Source: Candidatus Fermentibacterota bacterium
GTDB taxonomy: Bacteria; Fermentibacterota; Fermentibacteria; Fermentibacterales; JCC-6
Reading direction: 5' to 3'
Assembly (NCBI GenBank): GCA_003644925.1
Contig: QNDS01000001.1
Span: 1 to 44,372, forward strand
DNA length: 44,372 nt
Shown here in pieces: positions 23,660 to 32,127 of this stretch. Within the stretch, counting starts at the first letter, position 1. Each line of letters begins with the position of its first letter. The position numbers were made by a program, and so were the translations under genes. The notes beneath the pieces are model-generated. The model saw nothing but the letters and a program-made list of their open reading frames with translations. It was not told the origin of the DNA and ran no database searches.

Positions 23660-26146
23660 ATGACCGAAAAGGTTGAAGAAGATCAGTTGAACAGCAGTCA
23701 TATCGTCAAACCGGATATTATTGATATAGAAGAGGAAATGAAACGCTCCTATATGGATTATTCCATGAGCGTAATAGTTTCAAGAGCATTACCGGACGTA
23801 AGAGACGGGCTGAAACCGGTACACAGAAGAATTCTGTATTCGATGTACGAACAGAAACTGACATACAAACGTGCATACAGGAAATCAGCTACAGTGGTTG
23901 GTGATGTTCTGGGTAAATATCATCCTCACGGGGACTCCGCAGTTTACGACGCAATGGTTAGAATGGCGCAGGATTTCTCACTGCTGCACCCTCTTGTGGA
24001 TGGACAGGGTAACTTCGGATCAATAGATGGCGATCCGGCAGCAGCATATAGATACACTGAAGCAAGAATGTCCAGGATAGGTGCGGAAATGCTTCGTGAT
24101 ATCGACAAAGAAACCGTCGAGCTGGTTCCCAATTTCGACGATCGCTTGAAAGAACCGTCCATACTTCCATCCGGAATACCGAATCTTCTTGTTAACGGCT
24201 CGTCCGGTATTGCGGTCGGAATGGCTACAAACATACCCCCGCATAACCTTCGAGAGATAGTCAATGCATGCTGCAGCATCATTGACAACCCGGATCTAAC
24301 CGAAGAAGAGCTTTTCAGCATAGTAAAGGGTCCGGATTTCCCGACCGGCGGCATAATTATGGGTATGAGGGGCATCAGGGATTGCTACAGGACCGGAAAG
24401 GGGTCTATCCGTGTCCGCGGCAGAATCAGTATCGAAGAAGCCCCAAGGGGCAGGGAAGCCATAATCATTACAGAGATACCGTACCAGGTGAACAAGACCA
24501 GGCTCATAGAGAGTATCGCCGACCTTGTAAAGCAGAAAAAAATTGTATCCATTGCAGATCTCCGCGATGAATCCGACAGAGAGGGCATGCGCATAGTCAT
24601 TATTCTGAAGAATGACGCTCTTTCCGAAGTGGTTCTAAACCAGCTTTACAAGCATACCACCCTTTCAAAGACATTCGGTGCAAACTGCCTTGCGCTCTGC
24701 AGCGGAAGACCGCTGAGGCTTACGCTGCGCGATTTTCTGGACCATTACATTGATCACAGACATGATGTTATTGAGAGGCGGGTTAAGTTCGATCTTGCGA
24801 AGGCGGAAGCGAGAACCCATATCGTGGAAGGCCTGCTGAAGGCGCAGGATTCAATAGAGGAGGTTATCAGGGTCATAAGGGAATCCGGCAATACCGATGA
24901 AGCCAGATCCGCGCTGGTTGAAGGATTCGGATTCTCCGAGATCCAGGCCCAGGCGATACTTGATATGCGCCTGAGAAGACTTACGGGTTTAGAACGGGAT
25001 GAGCTGGAGAAAGAGTATAATGAACTCGTGTTGCTACTTGCAGCGCTTAGAGAAATAGCGGCAAGCAGGTTGAAGAGGATGAGGATCGTTGCCGACGAAC
25101 TCACGGCTGTCGCCGAAGAGTACGGTTGCTCCCGAAAAACGGAAATCCTGCCTTACGCACCGGGCGAAATTGACATAGAAGACCTGATCCCGGACGATGA
25201 GATGGTAATCACCGTTTCGCGCGAGGGTTACATCAAAAGACTTTCATCGGATACGTACAAAATTCAGCACAGGGGCGGCAAGGGTATTACCGGGGCAAAA
25301 ACCCGGGAGGAAGATGCCCTGGAACAGATATTCATTTCTTCAAATCACAGTTATATCCTGTTTTTCACCAGCCAGGGAAGATGCTACTGGCTCAAAGTGT
25401 ACAGGATACCTGAAGCTGGCCGCATAAGTAAAGGAAAAGCTATAGTTAACCTTCTGGACCTTGAGCCGGAGGAAAGACCGGTTGCCAACGTCTGCGTGAA
25501 AGAGTTCGATGAGGATCGGTTCATCGTTATGGCAACCAGCAACGGCGTCGTGAAAAAAACAGCTCTTTCCAGCTACAGTCACCCGAGGAAAAATGGAATA
25601 TGGGCCATCAAACTTGATGACAACGCTGAATTGGTCTCTGCCTCTCTTACAGACGGCAGCAGCAGGATCCTTCTTGCCCTTGCAGGCGGTAAAGCCAACA
25701 GGTTTTCCGAGAAGGAAATCCGTGCCACCGGCAGGCATACAAGGGGAGTGATGGGCATCAGGGTGGGCAGGAGCGACAGGCTGGTCGGCATGGTTGCCAT
25801 GGAGAGCCCGGGAAGCCTGCTTACAGTGACGGAGGGCGGATACGGCAAAAGGACGCCATCTGAAGAGTACAGATTAACCCACAGGGGAAGCGGCGGCGTT
25901 ATAAACATTCGCAATATAGATAGAAATGGACCGGTCATTTCAATAATGCCGGTCTCCGAAGAAGATGAGTTGATCCTTATCTCCGCACTTGGAATGATCA
26001 TAAGACTTCCAGTCGAGCAGATAAGGGAGATGGGACGGAGCACGATGGGCGTAAGGCTGATGAACCTGCCGGAAGAAGACAGGGTGGTGGACGCAGCTAT
26101 TGTGCATCCCGGTGATGATAACACGGATCAGGGAGAATCGGAATAG
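23660..26146 (+). CDS. gyrA: DNA gyrase subunit A
   Basis: 828 aa. [50 protein letters not shown] (catalytic Tyr), and a C-terminal beta-pinwheel with an acidic tail. Confidence 0.95.
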   Translation: MTEKVEEDQLNSSHIVKPDIIDIEEEMKRSYMDYSMSVIVSRALPDVRDGLKPVHRRILYSMYEQKLTYKRAYRKSATVVGDVLGKYHPHGDSAVYDAMVRMAQDFSLLHPLVDGQGNFGSIDGDPAAAYRYTEARMSRIGAEMLRDIDKETVELVPNFDDRLKEPSILPSGIPNLLVNGSSGIAVGMATNIPPHNLREIVNACCSIIDNPDLTEEELFSIVKGPDFPTGGIIMGMRGIRDCYRTGKGSIRVRGRISIEEAPRGREAIIITEIPYQVNKTRLIESIADLVKQKKIVSIADLRDESDREGMRIVIILKNDALSEVVLNQLYKHTTLSKTFGANCLALCSGRPLRLTLRDFLDHYIDHRHDVIERRVKFDLAKAEARTHIVEGLLKAQDSIEEVIRVIRESGNTDEARSALVEGFGFSEIQAQAILDMRLRRLTGLERDELEKEYNELVLLLAALREIAASRLKRMRIVADELTAVAEEYGCSRKTEILPYAPGEIDIEDLIPDDEMVITVSREGYIKRLSSDTYKIQHRGGKGITGAKTREEDALEQIFISSNHSYILFFTSQGRCYWLKVYRIPEAGRISKGKAIVNLLDLEPEERPVANVCVKEFDEDRFIVMATSNGVVKKTALSSYSHPRKNGIWAIKLDDNAELVSASLTDGSSRILLALAGGKANRFSEKEIRATGRHTRGVMGIRVGRSDRLVGMVAMESPGSLLTVTEGGYGKRTPSEEYRLTHRGSGGVINIRNIDRNGPVISIMPVSEEDELILISALGMIIRLPVEQIREMGRSTMGVRLMNLPEEDRVVDAAIVHPGDDNTDQGESE

Positions 26147-26364
26147 ACGTTCAGGAAGCAATAAGGAAAATAGAAGCCTGGAGTCAGGAGAACCAGCTCC
26201 GCTCCGAGAATCCTCCGGAGGTAGGCAAGGGTTTCAGCCTTCCGGAGAAGAACCTTGACACATCGATAGTTTCCTCCGAGACCAGGAACAGGGTTCTATC
26301 AATACCTCTTTTTTCCAGTGATTGGATAACTGCCGGAGAAGCACTGTCATACCTCCTTACAACA

Positions 26365-29300
26365 ATGAAAGACAGAGAAGTAGAGAAAGTACTTCAAAAC
26401 CTGAGAAGTATGAGTACCCCTCCTCCTATCATGGAAGATTCAGCGGTGAAGTGGTTCATGGCCCTGACCAATCTCCCGTCTGAGGCTACAGTTGTTGCAG
26501 TTCAGGAGTTTTTTCATCTCAGCTGGGTATGGAATCAGATAGGTCCACGCACAGGACTTGTGTTCAGCGATCTTATGTCGTTGTTATACAAAGTTTTTTA
26601 CATTCTTGCGGAGAACCCTGAAGACCTGTTCCTTGCCGGTATACTTATTAAGAACGGCATAAAATGGCCGGAACGATTCGGCTTCATGCTTGATCGGACG
26701 CGGATAGGAGGAGGAAATATCATAAGGGCCCTTCAGCGTGCGGCTGATGTCATGATCGATGCCCCCCCTGCCGTACACGAGACACTTGTTGACTTTGCTG
26801 TAGAGACCGGATGGTATCTTCTTGCGGAAGAGGACCTTCCTGTATGGAGATCGGTAGGGAGGAACGGGGAATCTCTATTCAGAAAGATGAGAGGATTCTC
26901 CATCAAGATGGAAGCTATCCGAACTCTTTCTGGTTTTCTTGGTAAGCTGGAAGAATCGAAAGAACTCACCGCGCTGCTTGATGATACGATGAAGGAGGTC
27001 ATCACCGATGTAGTCGGTAATCTTGCCGAACCGGAGATGAATGAAGTTCTTCACAGTGTTTCTCAGCGGGCTGTAGAAGCCCTGAGAAGAAGAGCCGAGA
27101 GAAATATTAACTTTGATATCATAGATCTGCCGGTTACCAACAGCGGAATTTCTGCCGATTACGGGAGAGCCATAGCTGAAATAATTCTGTTCGCCGGAGC
27201 GGGCAGAGCCAGCTATAACTGTTTCCGGGAAGCGTATTCCATTGCAATAGAGACGAATAACAATAACCTGATTGTTATGATATCCAGACTTGCGCGCGAA
27301 AGAAGCGGATACGACTATCTGGAGAACAACAAAACCGAGTTCTACATTGATTTTATTCCGATAATACTGCAGTTTCTAAAAGGCAAGACCAGCTCTGCAG
27401 AGATCAGATGGATCGTTGATTCAGCAGGACGTCTTATGGACTCCATTCTTGGCCAGGAAGACCCGGGTGCCGCAATAGAAGCCATGAACAGCTACCTGGA
27501 GAATATAGAGACCAGCAACGACAAATTTCTACCGACACTGGTACTCCTCCTCCGATCAACAAGACACGTAAAGTTTCATGATCTGATTTTGAAAAGCGAA
27601 GTATTCGCAGGAATACTTGATCTATTGAACGCTAATAGAAGAAAAAGACTGCTGGAAGGGGAGCAGACAGAATGGCTTACGCCTCTGGCGGAGGAACCGG
27701 TAGAGTCGGCGCGGCTTATTTCGCGCACTCTTAAAAACATAAATAGCGTAGATCTCCGCGGAAGATTCCTTGATAAGGTTATCGCTCCCCTGTTGCAGGG
27801 AACGGATACTGAAGATCCCATTTTCGCAGAACTAATCTCAACAGCTGTTTCAAGCTATAACAGAGAAATGAGCATAGATCAGCTCCGGAAAGAGGAAACA
27901 TCCATCCTTGGCAAGCTATTCCGCGCAGAGGATAGAAGCAAGGCGCTCAAGACAACAATGGAGAACCTGCTAAGGATACCGGGTATAGAGGAAAAGAAAG
28001 CCAACGACCTTATATATTCCTCAAGAGCGCTCTGTGAGATCCTTTCCCAGCAGGCTGTCTGGATTGAAAAGACAGGACACAGGATCTTCAGCAAATTCCT
28101 CTCCTACGGCCTTCGGTCGTTCGTAAACACACTTGTGGAACACCCTGATATTGCCGAGCGGATAACAGGAAGTTTCATGAGACACCTGACCGACACCATT
28201 ATTCCTTCAAAGGAGACAGAGGACAGCGATGTTGCTCTTTGGCAGCTGAAGACAGCAGCACTGTTCTTCGGGAAGACCATCCCCCTTACGACCGAGCTTA
28301 TTGCAGACTCACCGGATACTCTCATCCCCTACTTCACCGAGATCTCTGAACTCTCGGTTGCTTCCAAGTACGGGGAACCTGCAGGAGCCGCATTCCTTTC
28401 ATGGATGTCTCACAGACTGGAATCAGAACTCATCAGTGAGTTCGCCAGAAAACTGAGCGAGGACACCCCGTTCGCGGAATTCAATGAGAAATTCAATGCC
28501 GCAGATCTTATGAAAAAATGGCGGAGCATTAGAGACGCATCCTCCGAAATTATGAAGGAGATGGTGGGGTCACTTCAGATGCTTTCCAGCAATCCTCTTT
28601 ATCGCCAGATACTTCTCCGCGAGGGGCGCAAACTCATAGAGGGTTTTATCGAGAACGGCTGCAGTGAAATCATTACCGGATACTCGGGAATAACCTCCCG
28701 CTCTGAGATAGAGAAACTCAGAAAAATAACAGAGGGTAGCGATATCATCGATATTTTCAGAGTTATGGAAAATGAAGGGGAAGATGGAGAAGCTGATGTG
28801 ATAACCGGGGAAGTTAAAAACTACTTCCTTGAGAGACCCTGCCCGCTGGGAGAGAACGCGTGCCGGTATTGGCGAAAGAAGGTTTTTTCTACGCTTGAAA
28901 ACGTTCTTCTTGACATAATAGTGCTTTGCACTGATAAGAGAAGCCTTGAAATCATGGAACAAATGATCGATGACTTCGTGAAGATAATAGGGTATCTGGG
29001 GACTGATGATGACTTTAAACCTGATATAATTCTTACAGCTCTGGAAAAATCACTCTCAGGATCCGAAGGCGGCAGAAATATGACTGTTGATATCGCCGCG
29101 AAGAATCTTGATAAGAATGTGTATAAGCTGATGTGGCTCAGGAAAGCCACAAGAAAAGCTGCGGAATCAGTTGCCGGTTACGTTCCCGGAAGAAAGATAT
29201 CCATCAGACTGTTCGACAGAATCTCAAGAGAAAAGTCCGCTCAGCAGCAGATACTTTTCATGAAGAATTTTGGAAGGATATTCTCTTCTCTGGAAAGCGA

Positions 29301-29796
29301 GATAATGAGGAGGAAAACTACAGAGATAAAATCGGTCAGGTCAGTTCTGGAGCATATCTGGATATTCAACCCGGATGCGCCAAAACCGGCTTCTGCAGTT
29401 GACACCGCAAGGGATGCTGTGGAAACGGTTTCGCAGTTCTTCCTTGAGATCGGAACCCGGACAGGTGCGGTCAGCGCACCAGAAGCCGGCGCGATAAGCC
29501 TCGGTATGCGCCGCAAGTATAGAGATAACGCGAACACTGTTGCAATTCTTATTAAATGGACACAGGATTCATCACGCTCTGACCTCCTCGCCCTTGTTGA
29601 AGCGCATCAGCCGTTACTTGAAGCGGTCAGCAGGGACAGCGAGCTTATAAACATGATAGACAATCTCTGGAGCATAGGTAAGGCGAGGCTGTATATCAGA
29701 TCCCTTGCCGACAGGCCTGACAAACTGAAGAAGCGGCTGGTCCGTTTCTCAGGTGCAGATGCGGCTGGAAACAATGACGGCATCCAATATATCTAA
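26365..29796 (+). CDS. large (1143 aa) protein of unknown function; no recognisable catalytic motif, signal peptide or TM segment
   Basis: A long uninterrupted ORF with coding-like, helix-favouring composition. The frame stays open a further 81 codons upstream, back to 26122, with no ATG/GTG/TTG. Confidence 0.7.
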   Translation: MKDREVEKVLQNLRSMSTPPPIMEDSAVKWFMALTNLPSEATVVAVQEFFHLSWVWNQIGPRTGLVFSDLMSLLYKVFYILAENPEDLFLAGILIKNGIKWPERFGFMLDRTRIGGGNIIRALQRAADVMIDAPPAVHETLVDFAVETGWYLLAEEDLPVWRSVGRNGESLFRKMRGFSIKMEAIRTLSGFLGKLEESKELTALLDDTMKEVITDVVGNLAEPEMNEVLHSVSQRAVEALRRRAERNINFDIIDLPVTNSGISADYGRAIAEIILFAGAGRASYNCFREAYSIAIETNNNNLIVMISRLARERSGYDYLENNKTEFYIDFIPIILQFLKGKTSSAEIRWIVDSAGRLMDSILGQEDPGAAIEAMNSYLENIETSNDKFLPTLVLLLRSTRHVKFHDLILKSEVFAGILDLLNANRRKRLLEGEQTEWLTPLAEEPVESARLISRTLKNINSVDLRGRFLDKVIAPLLQGTDTEDPIFAELISTAVSSYNREMSIDQLRKEETSILGKLFRAEDRSKALKTTMENLLRIPGIEEKKANDLIYSSRALCEILSQQAVWIEKTGHRIFSKFLSYGLRSFVNTLVEHPDIAERITGSFMRHLTDTIIPSKETEDSDVALWQLKTAALFFGKTIPLTTELIADSPDTLIPYFTEISELSVASKYGEPAGAAFLSWMSHRLESELISEFARKLSEDTPFAEFNEKFNAADLMKKWRSIRDASSEIMKEMVGSLQMLSSNPLYRQILLREGRKLIEGFIENGCSEIITGYSGITSRSEIEKLRKITEGSDIIDIFRVMENEGEDGEADVITGEVKNYFLERPCPLGENACRYWRKKVFSTLENVLLDIIVLCTDKRSLEIMEQMIDDFVKIIGYLGTDDDFKPDIILTALEKSLSGSEGGRNMTVDIAAKNLDKNVYKLMWLRKATRKAAESVAGYVPGRKISIRLFDRISREKSAQQQILFMKNFGRIFSSLESEIMRRKTTEIKSVRSVLEHIWIFNPDAPKPASAVDTARDAVETVSQFFLEIGTRTGAVSAPEAGAISLGMRRKYRDNANTVAILIKWTQDSSRSDLLALVEAHQPLLEAVSRDSELINMIDNLWSIGKARLYIRSLADRPDKLKKRLVRFSGADAAGNNDGIQYI

Positions 29797-30790
29797 TCCG
29801 GAAGAGCGATCCCTTGCAAACATAGCGCTTGTTTCCACAGGGGGAACAATAGAAATGGTGTCGGATCAAGGACGAATTGATATCGCCAAACAGCACAATC
29901 CCCTTCCGGTACAGGAAAATGTAATCCCACCCTTTATCAGCGTTGAGCATACCAGATTCTGCAGCCTCCCAAGTCCGGCGATTTCACCCGGAGTGATGGC
30001 AGATCTCTGCCTCGTACTGGAGAATTTGGCCGCCTGCGGAAAGTACCACGGGATCGTAGTTACGCATGGAACTGACACATTGGAAGAAAGCGCTTTCCTT
30101 GCCGATATATATCTGCGGAGCACAATTCCCGTCGTTTTTACGGCTGCCATGAGAAGCCAGTCGGAAATGGGAGTTGATGGCCCGAGAAACGTAAAGGGAG
30201 CATTGCTGACCGCCTCGAATAATGAAGTTCATAAGTTGGGAGTTACCGTAGTTCTTAACGACGAGATCCATTCCGCCAGCAGGGTGACAAAAACGTATAC
30301 AAGTAACGTAAGTAGCTTTAAGTCACCGGGGTATGGCCCTCTTGGATTTGTGGACCAGGACAGGATACTGCTCCAGCGAAAGCCCATGAGAAGAATAAAA
30401 CTACCTCGGGGCAAACTGAAACTGGACGAGCGGGTTGGATTGATCAGAACAGCAGCGGGGCTTGGAGCCAGAGAAATAAGATATTGCGTTGACAGAGGAG
30501 ACAGAGCGCTGGTCGTTGAAGCTCTTGGAAGGGGAAATGTGCCGCCTGAGGCTGCAGAAGCTATCCAGTACGCGGTTGAGAAGGAAACAATAGTCTGCAT
30601 TACCAGCAGGTGCTACATCGGAAGGGTGCTTGGAGTATATAACTACCCCGGGGGTGGAGCGGACCTTGAGAGAAAAGGAGCCATTCTGGCGGGAGATATG
30701 CAGGGACACAAACTCAGACTTTTCCTGATGGCATCATTGGGCATAGGTCTGAACGCTGAGAATATACGGAAATTACTGGAAAGGTTTTGA
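29774..30790 (+). CDS. ansA: L-asparaginase, type I family
   Basis: ALVSTGGTIEM and VVTHGTDTLEESAF are the two asparaginase signature Thr motifs. The start is uncertain (GTG 29753, ATG 29759 or ATG 29774). It overlaps the end of the large ORF. Confidence 0.85.
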   Translation: MTASNISNPEERSLANIALVSTGGTIEMVSDQGRIDIAKQHNPLPVQENVIPPFISVEHTRFCSLPSPAISPGVMADLCLVLENLAACGKYHGIVVTHGTDTLEESAFLADIYLRSTIPVVFTAAMRSQSEMGVDGPRNVKGALLTASNNEVHKLGVTVVLNDEIHSASRVTKTYTSNVSSFKSPGYGPLGFVDQDRILLQRKPMRRIKLPRGKLKLDERVGLIRTAAGLGAREIRYCVDRGDRALVVEALGRGNVPPEAAEAIQYAVEKETIVCITSRCYIGRVLGVYNYPGGGADLERKGAILAGDMQGHKLRLFLMASLGIGLNAENIRKLLERF

Positions 30791-30868
30791 TTGAGATGGA
30801 GTTTGTTGACAAACAAGAGCCCTTCAGCTTAGTTTACCGCATGCGGCACGGGAACAGGCGGGAGTAAA

Positions 30869-31213
30869 TTGCCTGAAAAGGGTTTCACGGCGACGTTTAT
30901 CTCCAATACTGGGAAAACGCTCCACCAGTTCAATGTAAGCGGCCCGAAGCTGTACATTCTAAGGGTTCTAATGGGATTTGCCGTATTGCTGATAACGGCG
31001 TCTTCAATAATTGTAGCATACGGGCTGCTCAGCGCGGGAGAAACAGATAAACTGAGAAGTGAGATACTGCAGCTGCAGGATTCCCTTGCCGTACGAAGGA
31101 ATATTGAAGTGAGGCTGGAGAGCCTGGAATCGGAGATTCAGCAGCTGATTGAATACAGAGAGAAGCTGGAGAATATTCTAGTAGAAATACCAATGCCTGA
31201 GGACTCACTGTAA
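30869..31213 (+). CDS. single-pass membrane coiled-coil protein (resembles the N-terminal anchor of M23-type peptidases but has no catalytic domain)
   Basis: 114 aa with a TTG start. One TM segment (LRVLMGFAVLLITASSIIVAYGLL) followed by a heptad-like LQLQDSL..LESLESEIQQLIEYREKLENIL. Confidence 0.5.
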   Translation: MPEKGFTATFISNTGKTLHQFNVSGPKLYILRVLMGFAVLLITASSIIVAYGLLSAGETDKLRSEILQLQDSLAVRRNIEVRLESLESEIQQLIEYREKLENILVEIPMPEDSL

Positions 31214-31242
31214 TAAAAAAGGAAAAGAGGTAACCGAAGAAT

Positions 31243-31623
31243 ATGCCTAAAAAGGAATTGCCTTCCACGATAGATTCCATTCTCGGTTCCGGGAGTCTAT
31301 GCAAAGGAGCTATCAGAGTAGATGGCGGTCTTAGAATCGATGGTACTGTGGACGGAGAAGTTGTTGTGACCGGAACACTGACCGTCGGCCGTGCCGGTGT
31401 AATAACCGGAGACGTGACCGTAAGCCAGGCTGTTATCGGCGGCAGGATACAGGGAACGGTCAGAGCGGAGCATCAGCTGGAACTGCAGAGTGGTTCGAGC
31501 CTTGAGGGAGATATTTTCACACGATCTCTCATTATCGAGGACGGAGTTTTCTTCGAGGGATCATGCAAGATGAACCGTGTCAACGATTCTGAGCTTAATG
31601 TGGAAAATGTTGAAAAGATCTGA
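31243..31623 (+). CDS. bactofilin (polymer-forming cytoskeletal protein, DUF583)
   Basis: Repetitive beta-helix pattern: IRVDGGLRIDGTVDGEVVVTGTLTVGRAGVITGDVTVSQAVIGGRIQGTV..LEGDI. Confidence 0.85.
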   Translation: MPKKELPSTIDSILGSGSLCKGAIRVDGGLRIDGTVDGEVVVTGTLTVGRAGVITGDVTVSQAVIGGRIQGTVRAEHQLELQSGSSLEGDIFTRSLIIEDGVFFEGSCKMNRVNDSELNVENVEKI

Positions 31624-31624
31624 A

Positions 31625-31707
31625 ATTTGTGGATAACTCCGTAACTGGTTGATATATAATTAAATACAAAATCACTTAAAGTAGTTTCATAAGTAATATC
31701 CACAAAT
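31625..31707. repeat. 11-bp perfect inverted repeat carrying DnaA-box consensus in each arm, separated by a 61-nt AT-rich spacer
   Basis: atttgtggata (31625-31635) and tatccacaaat (31697-31707). The left arm contains TGTGGATAA (31628-31636), a 9/9 match to the DnaA-box consensus. Confidence 0.7.
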
Positions 31708-31803
31708 GACTTTGTTATGGAGGTATAGCACGCATCGGGGGGAGCAGGCCCGGCGCAGAAGCTCTATGCTGTATCTATTATCCATCTGAAAGGCAGGTAA
31801 TAA

Positions 31804-32127
31804 ATGACAAGGCTGGGAGAACTTCACAGGGAAGAGAAAGAAGCTCAGCTGGAGTTGGAAAACGCTGAGAAGGAAGCTCAGAAAATAAGAGTGTCCATAC
31901 CGGACCTGCTGGACTCCCAGAACGAAGAAAGAGATGAGCAGCTGAACGAAATTACACAGATTGCCGAAGCAGAAGTAGATAAGAAAATAATCGACCTTTC
32001 GAACAGTCTTCGGGGTGAAACGGAGAAGAAGCTCAAGCTGCTTACCGGAGAAGAAGCTATACTTGAGAAAGCCGCAACAGCAAGTCTCAGGGAGTATATC
32101 ATGAGTAGCGGGAGCTCCGGCAGATGA
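31804..32127 (+). CDS. V/A-type ATPase small coiled-coil stalk subunit (H/G-like)
   Basis: 107 aa, charged coiled coil (EEKEAQLELENAEKEAQKI). It is first in the operon, and its stop overlaps the subunit I ATG (ATGA). Confidence 0.55.
   Translation: MTRLGELHREEKEAQLELENAEKEAQKIRVSIPDLLDSQNEERDEQLNEITQIAEAEVDKKIIDLSNSLRGETEKKLKLLTGEEAILEKAATASLREYIMSSGSSGR

Noticed and set aside
26122-26146. Programmed -1 frameshift from gyrA into the frame of the large downstream ORF
   Set aside because: The frames would permit it, but the overlap contains no X_XXY_YYZ slippery heptamer. GyrA also ends with a normal acidic tail.
31625-31707. The 11-bp inverted repeat acting as an intrinsic terminator for the bactofilin gene
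   Set aside because: A 61-nt AT-rich loop with no following U-tract is not terminator-like. Both arms are DnaA-box consensus, which makes a protein-binding role more plausible.
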